Below, one piece after another: positions 17,587-28,257 of a stretch of DNA of 64,000 nucleotides. Position 1 is the stretch's first letter. Each line of letters begins with the position of its first letter. A program made the translations under genes and the position numbers. The notes beneath the pieces are model-generated. The model was not told the DNA's origin. It saw nothing but the letters and a program-made list of their open reading frames with translations, and made no database searches. Source of the stretch: an uncultured virus (IMG/VR IMGVR_UViG_3300011475_000006) (Duplodnaviria; Heunggongvirae; Uroviricota; Caudoviricetes); IMG/VR virus record IMGVR_UViG_3300011475_000006; one strand, 5' to 3'.

Positions 17587-17728
17587 TTAAGGATGGACGC
17601 CATGGCTGATTTAACAAGCGTAAGCGGTAAGTTATAGGAATTACCTTATGTTATCCCCTGTGGCGGATAATAACTACAATATCCCCACCCGAGGATATGA
17701 CTGTCCCCCAAGGCGTCTGAGGGTCTAT

Positions 17729-17925
17729 GGGTCCTTTCCGGCTATCCTACATGTTACGGGGCGGCGACCTCGCAGGTTCTCGCTATATATGAAAATTTTC
17801 AGGATTTTGTCTTTTCCGTTCTTCTTCTTTCTAAGTGTCTGTCTTTGCAGGGGATAACCCACCACAAGAAAGGAAGTGTTAAAGCCTGGTAGTAGTCATT
17901 TTACCCGGCATGGTTTCCTTACCCT
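17729..17925 (+). other. cos: Lambda-type cos site (cosQ, cosN, cosB)
   Basis: cosQ GGGTCCT 17729-17735; cohesive end GGGCGGCGACCT 17759-17770 as in lambda, same 23-nt spacing; R-like sites TTTCCGTTCT, AGAAAGGAA, GTTTCCTT. Confidence 0.93.
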
Positions 17926-17946
17926 GTTTTTCGCCTGGAGTACGTC

Positions 17947-18492
17947 ATGGAGGTCAATAAAAAACGCCTTTCAGAGATTTTTGGTGTCAGCATCCGCACG
18001 ATCCAGAACTGGCAGGATCAGGGAATGCCGGTTGCGCGCGGTTGCGGAAAAGGGAATGAAGTGCTTTATGACTCTGCCGCCGTAATCGAATGGTATTCCG
18101 CCCGTGACGCAGCGATAGAAAACGAAAAGCTACGCAAAGAGGTTGAACAGCTGAGAGTTGATTCAGAATCAGACCTTCTGCCTGGCACGATTGATTATGA
18201 GCGCCATCGGCTTACCCGAGCCCAGGCTGATGCTCAGGAACTAAAAAATGCAAAAGAGTCCGCTGAGGTCGTGGAGACCGCATTCTGCACGTTCGTGCTG
18301 TCGCGGATTGCCGGAGAAATTGCCAGTATCCTTGATGGAATACCTCTGTCGGTTCAGCGGCGCTTTCCGGAACTGGAAAATCGACATATTGATTTCCTCA
18401 AGAAGGACATCATAAAAGCCATGAACAAAGCAGCTGCGCTGGATGAAATGATACCGGGGTTGCTGAGTGAATATATCGAACAGTCAGGTTAA
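17947..18492 (+). CDS. nu1: Terminase small subunit (gpNu1)
   Basis: 181 aa; MEVNKK..IFG.SIRTIQNWQ closely matches lambda Nu1. Confidence 0.95.
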   Translation: MEVNKKRLSEIFGVSIRTIQNWQDQGMPVARGCGKGNEVLYDSAAVIEWYSARDAAIENEKLRKEVEQLRVDSESDLLPGTIDYERHRLTRAQADAQELKNAKESAEVVETAFCTFVLSRIAGEIASILDGIPLSVQRRFPELENRHIDFLKKDIIKAMNKAAALDEMIPGLLSEYIEQSG

Positions 18493-20389
18493 GGGGCTAC
18501 AGCACTCCGCGCGCTCGGGGCTCCGTTCGCTGTACCGGCCAGAGCCGCAAACGGCGGTAGAGTGGGCAGACGAAAATTATTACCTCCCGAAAGAGTCTGC
18601 TTATCAGGAAGGGCGCTGGGAAACGCTGCCGTTTCAGCGTGCGATAATGAATGCGATGGGTAATGACTATATCCGCGAGGTCAATGTCGTTAAGTCTGCC
18701 CGTGTAGGCTATTCAAAAATGCTTCTCGGCGTGTATGCGTATTTCATCCAGCATAAACAGCGTAACTCGCTTATCTGGTTACCGACCGACGGTGACGCAG
18801 AAAACTTCATGAAGTCCCATGTCGAACCGACAATTCGTGACATCCCCTCACTGCTGGCGCTGGCGCCCTGGTACGGTAAAAAGCACCGGGACAACACGTT
18901 GAGTATGAAACGTTTCTCGAATGGCCGCGGTTTCTGGTGCCTCGGTGGTAAAGCTGCAAAAAACTATCGTGAAAAATCTGTTGATGTGGCGGGTTATGAC
19001 GAGCTGGCGGCATTTGACGAGGATATCGAGAAAGAGGGCTCTCCAACGTTCCTGGGGGATAAACGTATTGAAGGGTCGGTCTGGCCTAAATCAATACGAG
19101 GATCCACACCCAAAATTAAAGGAACATGCCAGATTGAACGTGCCGCCAGGGAGTCGGAGCACTTCTTGCGCTTCCACGTTCCCTGCCCACACTGTGGGGA
19201 GGAGCAGTACCTTAAATTTGGCGATAAAGAGACGCCATTCGGGTTCAAATGGACGCCGGGGGATCCTGCCAGCGTTATATACCTGTGCGAACACAATGCC
19301 TGCGTCATTAGACAGCAGGAGCTCGATTTTTCGCAGGCGCGATACATCTGTGATGAAACCGGGATCTGGACGCGCGACGGCCTTTGCTGGTTTTCATCAT
19401 CGGGTACCGAAATTGATCCGCCTGACAGCGTAACCTTTCACGTCTGGACGGCCTATAGCCCCTTCACAACCTGGGTGCAAATCGTCAAGGACTGGATCAA
19501 GACCAAAGGCGACACGGGAAAACGTAAGACGTTCGTCAACACAACGCTTGGTGAAACGTGGGAGCCTAAAATTGGTGAGCGTCCTGATGCTGAGGTTATG
19601 GCCGAACGTGTTGAGCACTTCGGTGCCAGGGTGCCGGAGCGCGTGGCCTATCTTACTGCCGGTATTGACTCCCAGCTTGACCGTTACGAAATGCGTGTCT
19701 GGGGCTGGGGGCCTGGCGAGGAAAGCTGGCTTATCGACAAAATTATCATTATGGGTCGCCATGATGATGAGTCCACGCTTCTGAGGCTCGACGATGCGAT
19801 CAATAAAACCTACCCGAGGCCTAACGGCGTTGAGATGCTTATTTCCCGCATCTGTTGGGACATCGGCGGCATAGACCCAACGATTGTTTATAACCGCTCG
19901 AAAAAGCATGGGCTGTTTCGTGTCATCCCTGTTAAAGGCGCTTCTGTCTACGGCAAGCCCGTGGCGAATATGCCTCGCAAGCGTAACAAGAACGGCGTTT
20001 ATCTCACTGAGGTAGGAACAGATACTGCGAAAGAGCAGATTTATAACCGTTTCACGCTGGTGGCAGACGGCGACGAACCGCTGGCGGGAGCAGTTCACTT
20101 CCCTAATAACCCTGAAATATATGATTTAGCTGAGGCTCAACAGCTTACGGCTGAAGAGCAGGTTGAGAAGTGGGTAGACGGGAAGAAAAAAATCGTCTGG
20201 GACAGTAAAAAACGACGAAATGAGGCGCTTGACTGTTTCGTCTATGCCCTTGCAGCACTGCGGATAAGTATCTCCCGCTGGCAGCTGGATCTGGATTCTC
20301 TTCTGGCCAGCTTACTGGAAGAAGACACTGGCCGTAAAAATAACAAATCTCTGGCGGATTATGCCAGGGCATTAGCGGGAGATGAATAA
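18467..20389 (+). CDS. A: Terminase large subunit (gpA)
   Basis: 640 aa; KSARVGYSK Walker [16 protein letters not shown]. Confidence 0.95.
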   Translation: MNISNSQVKGLQHSARSGLRSLYRPEPQTAVEWADENYYLPKESAYQEGRWETLPFQRAIMNAMGNDYIREVNVVKSARVGYSKMLLGVYAYFIQHKQRNSLIWLPTDGDAENFMKSHVEPTIRDIPSLLALAPWYGKKHRDNTLSMKRFSNGRGFWCLGGKAAKNYREKSVDVAGYDELAAFDEDIEKEGSPTFLGDKRIEGSVWPKSIRGSTPKIKGTCQIERAARESEHFLRFHVPCPHCGEEQYLKFGDKETPFGFKWTPGDPASVIYLCEHNACVIRQQELDFSQARYICDETGIWTRDGLCWFSSSGTEIDPPDSVTFHVWTAYSPFTTWVQIVKDWIKTKGDTGKRKTFVNTTLGETWEPKIGERPDAEVMAERVEHFGARVPERVAYLTAGIDSQLDRYEMRVWGWGPGEESWLIDKIIIMGRHDDESTLLRLDDAINKTYPRPNGVEMLISRICWDIGGIDPTIVYNRSKKHGLFRVIPVKGASVYGKPVANMPRKRNKNGVYLTEVGTDTAKEQIYNRFTLVADGDEPLAGAVHFPNNPEIYDLAEAQQLTAEEQVEKWVDGKKKIVWDSKKRRNEALDCFVYALAALRISISRWQLDLDSLLASLLEEDTGRKNNKSLADYARALAGDE

Positions 20390-20595
20390 TGGCAACACAG
20401 GCTGAACTGGATGCCGCGCGCGCCGCGTTACATAACCTGATGATGGGAAAACGGGTTGCGACTGTACAGAAAGACGGTCGGAGGGTGGAGTTTACGGCGA
20501 CATCAGTCAGCGATCTGAAAAAGTACATCGCCGATCTTGAGTCACAGGTCGGTACCACTTCACGACGCCGCGGGCCGGCAAGGTTCTACGCATGA
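20389..20595 (+). CDS. W: Head-tail joining protein gpW
   Basis: 68 aa; [28 protein letters not shown]. Confidence 0.92.
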   Translation: MATQAELDAARAALHNLMMGKRVATVQKDGRRVEFTATSVSDLKKYIADLESQVGTTSRRRGPARFYA

Positions 20596-22181
20596 AAATT
20601 CCTTCTTTAGTTGGCCCCGACGGGAAAACCTCCCTGAGGGAATATGCAGGCTATCACGCCGGTGGCGGCGGATTCGGTGGGCAGCTAAATGCCTGGAATC
20701 CTCAGAGTGAAAGCGCCGACGCCGCACTTCTGCCGAACTTCGCCCGCGGGAATGCCCGTGCTGATGATCTGGTCCGAAACAATGGTTATGCGGCCAACGC
20801 CGTGCAGCTTCACCAGGATCACATCGTCGGGTCTTTTTTCAGACTGAGTTACTGCCCGAGCTGGCGATATCTCGGTATTAAAGAAGAGGAAAGCCGCGCT
20901 TTTGCCAGGGAGGTGGAGGCCGCCTGGTATGAATATGCGGAGGATGATTTCTGCGGAATTGATGCCGAGCGAAAACGAACCTTTACGATGATGATCCGTG
21001 AAGGTGTCGCGACCCACGCATTTAACGGTGAGCTGTGCGTCCAGCCCACCTGGGACAGTGATTCATCGCGACTTTTTCGCACACAATTTAAAATGGTTAG
21101 TCCAAAACGCGTAAGCAATCCCGGTAACACAGGTGATTCGCGTAACTGTCGCGCGGGTGTCAAAATCAGTGATAGCGGCGCAGCGCTGGGTTACTACGTC
21201 AGCGAAGACAGCTATCCTGGCTGGATGTCGCAAAAATGGACCTATATACCACGGGAACTGCCGGGCGGAAGGCCATCATTCATCCATATTTTTGAACCGC
21301 TTGAGGATGGACAGACCCGCGGCGCAAACGTGTTTTACAGCGTGATGGAGCAAATGAAAATGCTCGACACCCTGCAAAATACCCAGCTCCAGAGCGCGAT
21401 AGTGAAGGCCATGTATGCGGCCACCATCGAGAGTGAGCTTGATACCGACACGGCGATGGACTTTATCCTCGGCGCGGACAGCAAGCAACAAAATAAGCTG
21501 ACGGGCTGGCTTGGCGAAATGGCATCTTATTACGCTGCTGCGCCGGTTCGCCTCGGTGGCGCGAAAGTGCCTCATCTTTTGCCGGGCGATTCCCTGAACC
21601 TTCAGTCAGCGCAGGATACCGATAACGGTTATTCCACCTTTGAACAATCCCTTCTGCGCTATATCTCGGCCGGTCTTGGCGTGTCTTATGAGCAACTTTC
21701 CCGCAACTACTCTCAGATGAGCTATTCGACGGCGCGCGCCAGCGCCAATGAATCCTGGGCGTTCTTTATGGGCCGTCGCAAGTTTGTCGCGGCCCGGCAG
21801 GCCTGTCAGATGTTTGTCTGCTGGCTCGAAGAGGCGATTGCGCGCCGGGTTGTCACGCTCCCGTCCAATGCCAGGTTTAGCTTCCAGGAGGCGAGAACCG
21901 CATGGGGTAACGCCAACTGGATTGGCTCGGGACGGATGGCTATTGATGGGCTGAAGGAGGTGCAGGAGGCCGTAATGCTGATCGAGGCCGGTCTCAGCAC
22001 ATATGAGAAGGAGTGTGCCAAACGCGGAGATGACTATCAGGAAATATTTTCTCAGCAGGTACGTGAAACTATGGAGCGCCGAAGCGCGGGGCTTAAACCC
22101 CCGGCATGGGCGGCAGCTGCTTTTGAAACCGGGCTGAAAAAATCAAACGAGGAGGATAAAGATGACGCCAGAGTTGCGTAA
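20592..22181 (+). CDS. B: Portal protein gpB
   Basis: 529 aa lambda-type portal; [12 protein letters not shown]. Confidence 0.93.
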   Translation: MKIPSLVGPDGKTSLREYAGYHAGGGGFGGQLNAWNPQSESADAALLPNFARGNARADDLVRNNGYAANAVQLHQDHIVGSFFRLSYCPSWRYLGIKEEESRAFAREVEAAWYEYAEDDFCGIDAERKRTFTMMIREGVATHAFNGELCVQPTWDSDSSRLFRTQFKMVSPKRVSNPGNTGDSRNCRAGVKISDSGAALGYYVSEDSYPGWMSQKWTYIPRELPGGRPSFIHIFEPLEDGQTRGANVFYSVMEQMKMLDTLQNTQLQSAIVKAMYAATIESELDTDTAMDFILGADSKQQNKLTGWLGEMASYYAAAPVRLGGAKVPHLLPGDSLNLQSAQDTDNGYSTFEQSLLRYISAGLGVSYEQLSRNYSQMSYSTARASANESWAFFMGRRKFVAARQACQMFVCWLEEAIARRVVTLPSNARFSFQEARTAWGNANWIGSGRMAIDGLKEVQEAVMLIEAGLSTYEKECAKRGDDYQEIFSQQVRETMERRSAGLKPPAWAAAAFETGLKKSNEEDKDDARVA

Positions 22182-23505
22182 TCTCCCGCACATTGCCAGC
22201 ATGGCATTCAATGAGCCGCTGATGCTTGAACCCGCCTACGCGCGGGTTTTCTTTTGCGCACTGGCAGGCCAGCTGGGTATCACCCGTCTGACGGATTCCG
22301 CTTCTGGCGTTGCGCTCGGCGCTGAACAGATTGCAGAGCCGCTGGCGCTGTTCGGCGATGATGAGGAAATGGGCCCCCGACCATCGCGAAGCTACCAGGT
22401 AATAAACGGGATTGCGGTGCTGCCCGTTTCCGGCACGCTGGTCAGCAAAACCCGGTCGCTGCAGCCTTATTCCGGTATGACGGGCTATAACGGGGTGATT
22501 GCCCGCCTGCAGCAGGCAATAAGCGATCCCGGCGTAGACGGTATCCTGCTGGATATGGACACGCCGGGCGGGATGGTATCCGGGGCCTTTGACTGTGCCG
22601 ACATTATTGCCCGGATGCGGGATATCAAACCCGTCTGGGCGCTGGCGAACGATATGAACTGCAGTGCAGGGCAGCTTATTGCCAGCTCTGCATCGCGACG
22701 GCTTGTCACGCAAACGGCCAGAACCGGCTCCATCGGCGTCATGATGGCGCACAGTAATTATGGCGCTGCGCTGAAAACTAACGGCGTTGAGGTCACGCTG
22801 ATTTACAGCGGCAATCATAAAGTCGACGGCAATCCCTACGAAAAATTACCAAAGGACGTTCGCGCTGACTTTCAGACGCGTATCGATGCCACTCGTCAGA
22901 TGTTTGCCGAAAAGGTTTCCGCTTATACCGGCATGTCAGTTCAGGCCGTACTGGACACCGAAGCGGCAGTCTTCGCCGGCCAGGAGTCCGTGGATAACGG
23001 TCTGGCGGATGAACTTGTTAACAATACCGATGCGCTCGGCGTGATGCGTGAAGCACTCGACAGACGCAAAAAAACAACCACTGGAGGAACTATGCCATCA
23101 CCTTCTGCATCTGCAGCGACAAATCAGCCAGCTGACCAGGCAGCTACACAGACTACTGCACCGGCTGAGCAGGTCACCACCGTAGACACAACAACCGCTG
23201 CCTTAACGGCCCCGGCAGACCTCAGCGCTCAGGTTTCGGCAGCCGTAGCCGCCGAGAATGGTCGCATCATGGGCATTCTGAACTGCGAAGAGGCAAAAGG
23301 TCGCGAATCTCAGGCACGTGCGCTGGCCGAAACGCCGGGCATGACGGTCGAGAGTGCGCAGCGCATTCTGGCCGCTGCGCCGCAAAGCGCCCAGGCGCGT
23401 ACCGATACTGCGCTGGATCGTTTGATGGAAACCGCACCAGGCGCTCTTTCAGCAGGGAATACCTCTGCTGAAGCCGGCGACGATTTGTTAAACACCCCCG
23501 TTTAA
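22162..23505 (+). CDS. C: S49 head maturation protease gpC
   Basis: DMDTPGG, CSAGQLIAS, TGSIGV. Confidence 0.92.
   Translation: MTPELRNLPHIASMAFNEPLMLEPAYARVFFCALAGQLGITRLTDSASGVALGAEQIAEPLALFGDDEEMGPRPSRSYQVINGIAVLPVSGTLVSKTRSLQPYSGMTGYNGVIARLQQAISDPGVDGILLDMDTPGGMVSGAFDCADIIARMRDIKPVWALANDMNCSAGQLIASSASRRLVTQTARTGSIGVMMAHSNYGAALKTNGVEVTLIYSGNHKVDGNPYEKLPKDVRADFQTRIDATRQMFAEKVSAYTGMSVQAVLDTEAAVFAGQESVDNGLADELVNNTDALGVMREALDRRKKTTTGGTMPSPSASAATNQPADQAATQTTAPAEQVTTVDTTTAALTAPADLSAQVSAAVAAENGRIMGILNCEEAKGRESQARALAETPGMTVESAQRILAAAPQSAQARTDTALDRLMETAPGALSAGNTSAEAGDDLLNTPV
23092..23505 (+). CDS. nu3: Scaffolding protein gpNu3 (internal in-frame start in C)
   Basis: GGAGG SD then in-frame ATG 23092; AENGRIMGILNCEEAKGRE. 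Confidence 0.75.
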   Translation: MPSPSASAATNQPADQAATQTTAPAEQVTTVDTTTAALTAPADLSAQVSAAVAAENGRIMGILNCEEAKGRESQARALAETPGMTVESAQRILAAAPQSAQARTDTALDRLMETAPGALSAGNTSAEAGDDLLNTPV

Positions 23506-23514
23506 GAGGCTAAC

Positions 23515-23847
23515 ATGGCAATCACCGAAGTATTTACTCATCACCAGCCGCTCGGTAACAGCGATCAGGCACACACCGCGTATGCACCGGGCGAGCTGAC
23601 AGCATCCACCCCGGCAATGACCCCGCTCATGCTCGATGCTACGTCCGGTAAGCTAACCGTCTGGGACGGCGAGCATGCAGGTGCAGCAACCGGAATTCTG
23701 GCGGTTGCCGCTGACCAGAACAGTGCTGAACTGGCCTTCTATAAATCCGGTTCTTTCCGCATCGAAGATGTGCTCTGGCCATCTGCCGTTACCGACGAAA
23801 ATATCAAGCGTAACGCGTTCGCCGGTACGGCGATCAGCATCGTTTAA
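23515..23847 (+). CDS. D: Head decoration protein gpD
   Basis: 110 aa; [17 protein letters not shown]. Confidence 0.92.
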   Translation: MAITEVFTHHQPLGNSDQAHTAYAPGELTASTPAMTPLMLDATSGKLTVWDGEHAGAATGILAVAADQNSAELAFYKSGSFRIEDVLWPSAVTDENIKRNAFAGTAISIV

Positions 23848-23902
23848 TCACCCTCAACTTTCATAAAAGCCGCATATGCGGCTTTTTTTACGGGAAAATT
23901 CT

Positions 23903-24928
23903 ATGTCAGTTTACACAACAGCCCAGCTTCTGGCGGTCAATGAGAAGAAATTCAAGTTCGATCCGCTCTTCCTGCGCATCTTCTTTCGCGAAACTTATCC
24001 CTTCAGTACAGAAAAAGTCTACCTGTCGCAAATTCCGGGCATGGTCAATATGGCGCTGTACGTTTCGCCGATTGTCTCCGGGAAAGTGATTCGTTCCCGT
24101 GGTGGCAGCACGTCGGAATTTACGCCGGGGTATGTGAAGCCAAAACACGAAGTGAATCCGCTGATGACCCTCCGCCGCCTGCCTGATGAAGATCCACAAA
24201 ATTTGGCCGACCCTGCCTATCGCCGCCGACGCATCATTCTTCAGAACATGAAAGATGAAGAGCTGGCAATTGCACAAGTTGAAGAAAAACAGGCCGTTGC
24301 TGCTGTCCTCAGTGGTAAATACACCATGAACGGAGAAGCGTTTGAGCCGGTTGAAGTTGATATGGGCCGCAGTGCCGGTAACAACATCACCCAGGCTGGT
24401 GCAGCTGCCTGGTCTTCTCGCGACAAAAAAACGTACGACCCGACCGATGATATTGAAGCGTACGCGCTTAACGCCAGCGGTGTGGTCAACATTATCGTCT
24501 TCGATCCGAAGGGCTGGGCCTTGTTCCGCTCCTTTGACGCGGTGAAGGAAAAGCTGGATACGCGTCGCGGTTCAAGCTCTGAGCTGGAAACCGCCGTGAA
24601 AGACCTGGGAATGGCCGTCTCTTATAAGGGGATGTATGGCGACGTGGCCATCGTTGTGTACTCCGGTCAGTACATCGAGGATGACGTCAAAAAAAACTAC
24701 CTGCCGGATCTGACAATGGTGCTGGGAAATACCCAGGCGCGCGGTCTGCGTACCTATGGCTGCATTCTGGATGCAGATGCCCAGCGCGAAGGTATTAATG
24801 CTTCAACGCGCTATCCGAAAAATTGGGTGCAAACGGGCGACCCGGCGCGCGAGTTCACCATGATTCAGTCAGCTCCGCTGATGCTGCTGCCAGATCCGGA
24901 CGCGTTCGTTTCAGTCAAGCTGGCATAA
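23903..24928 (+). CDS. E: Major capsid protein gpE
   Basis: 341 aa; MSVYTTAQLLA..KFKFDPLFLRIFFRE. Confidence 0.95.
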   Translation: MSVYTTAQLLAVNEKKFKFDPLFLRIFFRETYPFSTEKVYLSQIPGMVNMALYVSPIVSGKVIRSRGGSTSEFTPGYVKPKHEVNPLMTLRRLPDEDPQNLADPAYRRRRIILQNMKDEELAIAQVEEKQAVAAVLSGKYTMNGEAFEPVEVDMGRSAGNNITQAGAAAWSSRDKKTYDPTDDIEAYALNASGVVNIIVFDPKGWALFRSFDAVKEKLDTRRGSSSELETAVKDLGMAVSYKGMYGDVAIVVYSGQYIEDDVKKNYLPDLTMVLGNTQARGLRTYGCILDADAQREGINASTRYPKNWVQTGDPAREFTMIQSAPLMLLPDPDAFVSVKLA

Positions 24929-24973
24929 CTTTCCCCAGTGGCCCTGTTGGGCCACATTTCTGGAGTATTTCCC

Positions 24974-25387
24974 ATGACAGAAAAAGAAACCCTGATCGCC
25001 CGACTGAAAGAGCTGGGCGTAAAGCTTGATCGTGAGGTCAACGTCACAGGCACCATCCAGGAGCTTACGTTACGTATTTCTGAGCTCGAAGAGGAGCTCG
25101 ACGAAGACGGACAAGAGGGCGATCAGGTGTCCGTGGCCAGTACTACTGCCAGCAGTACCTCGGGCGAGCCCGGCCCAGAGAACACCTCAGGCTCGATTAC
25201 CGAAAATCCTTCATCAAAGGAGCCCGGCGAGCTGGTGGCGGTTGAGACACTGGTGACCTTGCACATTGATGCACTTCACGCCACACGCAACGAGTCCCTC
25301 TCTATTGTTGAGCCTGGTGTCGTTATTCGCGTGACCGACGCGGAGGCTGACGAACTGATTTCTCAGGGGCTGGCCCGGGAAGTCTGA
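24974..25387 (+). CDS. FI: DNA packaging protein gpFI
   Basis: LIARLKELG..LDREV..TGT; TLHIDALHA. Confidence 0.8.
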   Translation: MTEKETLIARLKELGVKLDREVNVTGTIQELTLRISELEEELDEDGQEGDQVSVASTTASSTSGEPGPENTSGSITENPSSKEPGELVAVETLVTLHIDALHATRNESLSIVEPGVVIRVTDAEADELISQGLAREV

Positions 25388-25398
25388 CAGGGGGCCTA

Positions 25399-25752
25399 AT
25401 GGCTGATTTCGATAATCTTTTTGATGAAGCGATGGCGCGCGCGGATACCACAATACGTGGAGTGATGGGCACAGAGGCAAGGATAACCTCTGGATCTTTA
25501 TCCGGCGTCACGCTCCGCGGGGTCTTTGACGATCCAGAGAACATCGGTTTCGCAGAAGCGGGGATCAGAATTGACGGAACCAGGCCGACGTTTTTTGTGA
25601 ACTCATCGGATGTGAGCGGGCTGGAACGGCTGGACACGCTGAAGGTAAACGGGCGTGAATTTTGGGTTGATCGCGTGGGCCCGGATGATTGCGGTTCCTG
25701 CCATGTATGGCTGGGTAGTGGATTACCTCCCGGCGGATCGCGGCGTCGTTAA
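25399..25752 (+). CDS. FII: Head-tail joining protein gpFII
   Basis: MADFDNLFD..ARAD; 117 aa. Confidence 0.88.
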   Translation: MADFDNLFDEAMARADTTIRGVMGTEARITSGSLSGVTLRGVFDDPENIGFAEAGIRIDGTRPTFFVNSSDVSGLERLDTLKVNGREFWVDRVGPDDCGSCHVWLGSGLPPGGSRRR

Positions 25753-25761
25753 GGAGCATTC

Positions 25762-26346
25762 ATGTCGATAAAAGGTCTTGAGCAGGCGATTGCTAACCTG
25801 GATAGCCTGGACAGAAATATGGTTCCCAATGCCAGCGCATGGGCTGTGAACCGGGTTGCTGCTAATGGCGTCTCGGTTGCCGTCCGAAGGGTGGCGAAAG
25901 AAACGGTAGCCGGTGATAACCGCGTTTCGGGGATACCCGTAAAGCTGGTCAGACAAAGGGTGCGAATCAATAAAGCCTCGGCGTCAGGGCACTCAGCGGC
26001 CCGAATTAAGGTTAATCGGGGCAACCTTCCCGCCATTAAACTCGGTGCCGCGCAGGTCAGGGCGACTAATCGAAAAGGCCCGCTGGTTCGAAAAAGTAGC
26101 GTGCTGAGAATTGGCCGATATGTTTTTCGCGACGCCTTTATCCAGCGTCTGGCGAACGGACGCTGGCACGTCATGAAGCGCATTGCAGGAAAAAGTCGTT
26201 ATCCCATCGACGTGGTCAAAATCCCATTGTCCGCGCCCCTCACCACTGCTTTCGAAGCAGAGAAGAAACGCATGCTTGAAGAGGAAATGCCAAAACAACT
26301 TGGCTATGCCCTAAGGCAACAACTGAGGTTGCATCTGACAAGATGA
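25762..26346 (+). CDS. Z: Tail protein gpZ
   Basis: IKGLEQAI; VNRGNLPAIKLG; RYPIDVVKIP. Confidence 0.88.
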   Translation: MSIKGLEQAIANLDSLDRNMVPNASAWAVNRVAANGVSVAVRRVAKETVAGDNRVSGIPVKLVRQRVRINKASASGHSAARIKVNRGNLPAIKLGAAQVRATNRKGPLVRKSSVLRIGRYVFRDAFIQRLANGRWHVMKRIAGKSRYPIDVVKIPLSAPLTTAFEAEKKRMLEEEMPKQLGYALRQQLRLHLTR

Positions 26347-26741
26347 AACACACTCTCATTCGCCAGAAAATTATTGATGTGCTTGAAGAGGCCATCGGGA
26401 ACGACGTCATGTTTTTTGACGGGCGCCCGGCAGTCATTGAGGAGGAGGATTTTCCTGCCGTCGCGGTCTATCTGACCGATGCAGAGTATACCGGCGAAGA
26501 ACTTGATGCCGATATGTGGGCGGCAACGTTACATATCGAGGTCTTCCTGTCCTCGCAGGTACCAGATTCCGAACTGGATGAATGGATGGAAAGCCATATC
26601 TATCCGGCCCTCGCTGATGTTCCTGGCCTCGATTCACTGTTAACGCTCATGGTTCCTCAAGGCTTCGATTACCAGCGCGATGATGCGATGGGGCTGTGGA
26701 CTTCTGCCGATATGAAATATTCAATCACTTACGAAATGTGA
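26343..26741 (+). CDS. U: Tail terminator gpU
   Basis: [22 protein letters not shown]. Confidence 0.9.
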   Translation: MKHTLIRQKIIDVLEEAIGNDVMFFDGRPAVIEEEDFPAVAVYLTDAEYTGEELDADMWAATLHIEVFLSSQVPDSELDEWMESHIYPALADVPGLDSLLTLMVPQGFDYQRDDAMGLWTSADMKYSITYEM

Positions 26742-26748
26742 GGAAAAC

Positions 26749-27492
26749 ATGCCAACACCAAATCCACTTGCTCCTGTTAAAGGCGCCGGTACTACGCTCT
26801 GGCTTTACACCGGAACGGGCAACGCTTTCGCTAACCCACTCTCTGATATCGACTGGAACCGCCTGGCGAAAATTAAAGAGCTTACGCCGGGCGAAATGAC
26901 CGCCGAATCGTATGACGACACTTACCTCGACGACGAGGATGCCGACTGGAACGCCAGCGCCCAGGGGGCAAAATCTGCTGGCGATACCTCGTTCACCCTC
27001 GCCTGGAAGCCGGGCGAAGAAGGGCAAAAAGACCTGGTCACATGGTTTATTGATGGCTCAGTACGCTATTACAAAATCAAATACCCGAACGGTACCGTCG
27101 ACGTTTTCCGCGGCTGGTGCAGCAGCCTGGGTAAAGCCATTCCGGCAAAAGAGGTCATTACCCGTACAGCGAAAATCACCAATACCGGCAAGCCGGAACT
27201 GGCTGAAGAAAGCGGTGCGCCGAATATTTCCGTCACTGGCGTGACCCTTGATAAAGCCACGGCCAGCGTGGCCGCCGGAATGACCACAACGCTCAATGTG
27301 ACGGTTAATCCTGTCAGCGCCTCTGATGCCTCGTTCCGCGCGGCAACCTCTGACGGGGCTAAAGCGACCGTTACCGTTAGCGGAACTACGATCACCGTGA
27401 CGGGGGTGGCGGCCGGTACTGCTGACATCATTGTTATGACCAGCGACGGTAATTTCGTCGCGGTCTGCAAAGTCACCGTAACTGCTGCGTAA
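26749..27492 (+). CDS. V: Major tail tube gpV with C-terminal Ig (Big-2) domain
   Basis: [18 protein letters not shown]...VTVTAA. Confidence 0.92.
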   Translation: MPTPNPLAPVKGAGTTLWLYTGTGNAFANPLSDIDWNRLAKIKELTPGEMTAESYDDTYLDDEDADWNASAQGAKSAGDTSFTLAWKPGEEGQKDLVTWFIDGSVRYYKIKYPNGTVDVFRGWCSSLGKAIPAKEVITRTAKITNTGKPELAEESGAPNISVTGVTLDKATASVAAGMTTTLNVTVNPVSASDASFRAATSDGAKATVTVSGTTITVTGVAAGTADIIVMTSDGNFVAVCKVTVTAA

Positions 27493-27502
27493 GGAAGGAC
27501 GC

Positions 27503-27934
27503 ATGTTTCTGAAAAAAGAGAAGTTCACCTGGCAAACTGAGTCCCTGAGCATTTTCGAGCTGTCGGCGCTTCAGCGTATTGAGTACATCACGTTTATGGC
27601 CGCAGAGGAAAAAGCCGTCAGCGCTGACAGCGATGGGATCAGCGATCAGGAAATGACGGCCAGGCTGATTGGCTCAAATATTCGCTGCGGTGCGCGTTTG
27701 ATCGCGATGTCTTCGTGGCATAACGATCCGGCTGGCACGGATGTGGAAACGCTTTATCAGCAGGTGCTTAGCGGCTGGCCGCCGGAGGCGATCGGTAAAG
27801 CAGAAATGGAAATAAAGCTGCTCTCCGGCATGCTCGTTCCGGTTGAGGATGACAGCGTTGCCGATCCGGATGCCTCTGCGGAGGCCGAAAGCGCTGAACC
27901 CGTTACGGCGGAAAAGCCCTTGCCAGCGAGCTGA
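27503..27934 (+). CDS. G: Tail assembly chaperone gpG
   Basis: MFLK.E.F..ELSALQRIEY. Confidence 0.88.
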   Translation: MFLKKEKFTWQTESLSIFELSALQRIEYITFMAAEEKAVSADSDGISDQEMTARLIGSNIRCGARLIAMSSWHNDPAGTDVETLYQQVLSGWPPEAIGKAEMEIKLLSGMLVPVEDDSVADPDASAEAESAEPVTAEKPLPAS

Positions 27935-28257
27935 AGTTTGTCCTGAATCTGGCGCGCGAGTTCGGGCGACCCGACTGGCGCGCCATGCTGGCTGGAATGA
28001 CTTCCAGTGAGCTGGGCGACTGGCACCAGTTCTACCGGGAGCATTATTTTCAGGACGCGCAGCTCGATGCGCATTTCTCAGAGCTGCTTTATTCCATCTC
28101 AACTCTTTTCTTCCGCGATCCGGAACTTACCCCCGCACATTTCAGCCTGCTTTCTCCTTCGGGTGTCGTCGTCAGCGATGATGAGCCGAACGACGAGACG
28201 CTGATGACCGCCGCCGAGGGGATCACAGGAGGTATCCGTTATGGCCCAGCAGATTAG
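27910..28257 (+). CDS. T: gpT part of the G-T -1 frameshift fusion
   Basis: Slippery GGAAAAG 27910-27916; -1 frame reads KALASELKFVLNLAREFGRPDWRAMLAGM. Confidence 0.8.
   Translation, partial: GKALASELKFVLNLAREFGRPDWRAMLAGMTSSELGDWHQFYREHYFQDAQLDAHFSELLYSISTLFFRDPELTPAHFSLLSPSGVVVSDDEPNDETLMTAAEGITGGIRYGPAD

Noticed and set aside
13721..17698. CRISPR array or IS ends
   Set aside because: No regular repeat-spacer periodicity, and no cas or transposase gene
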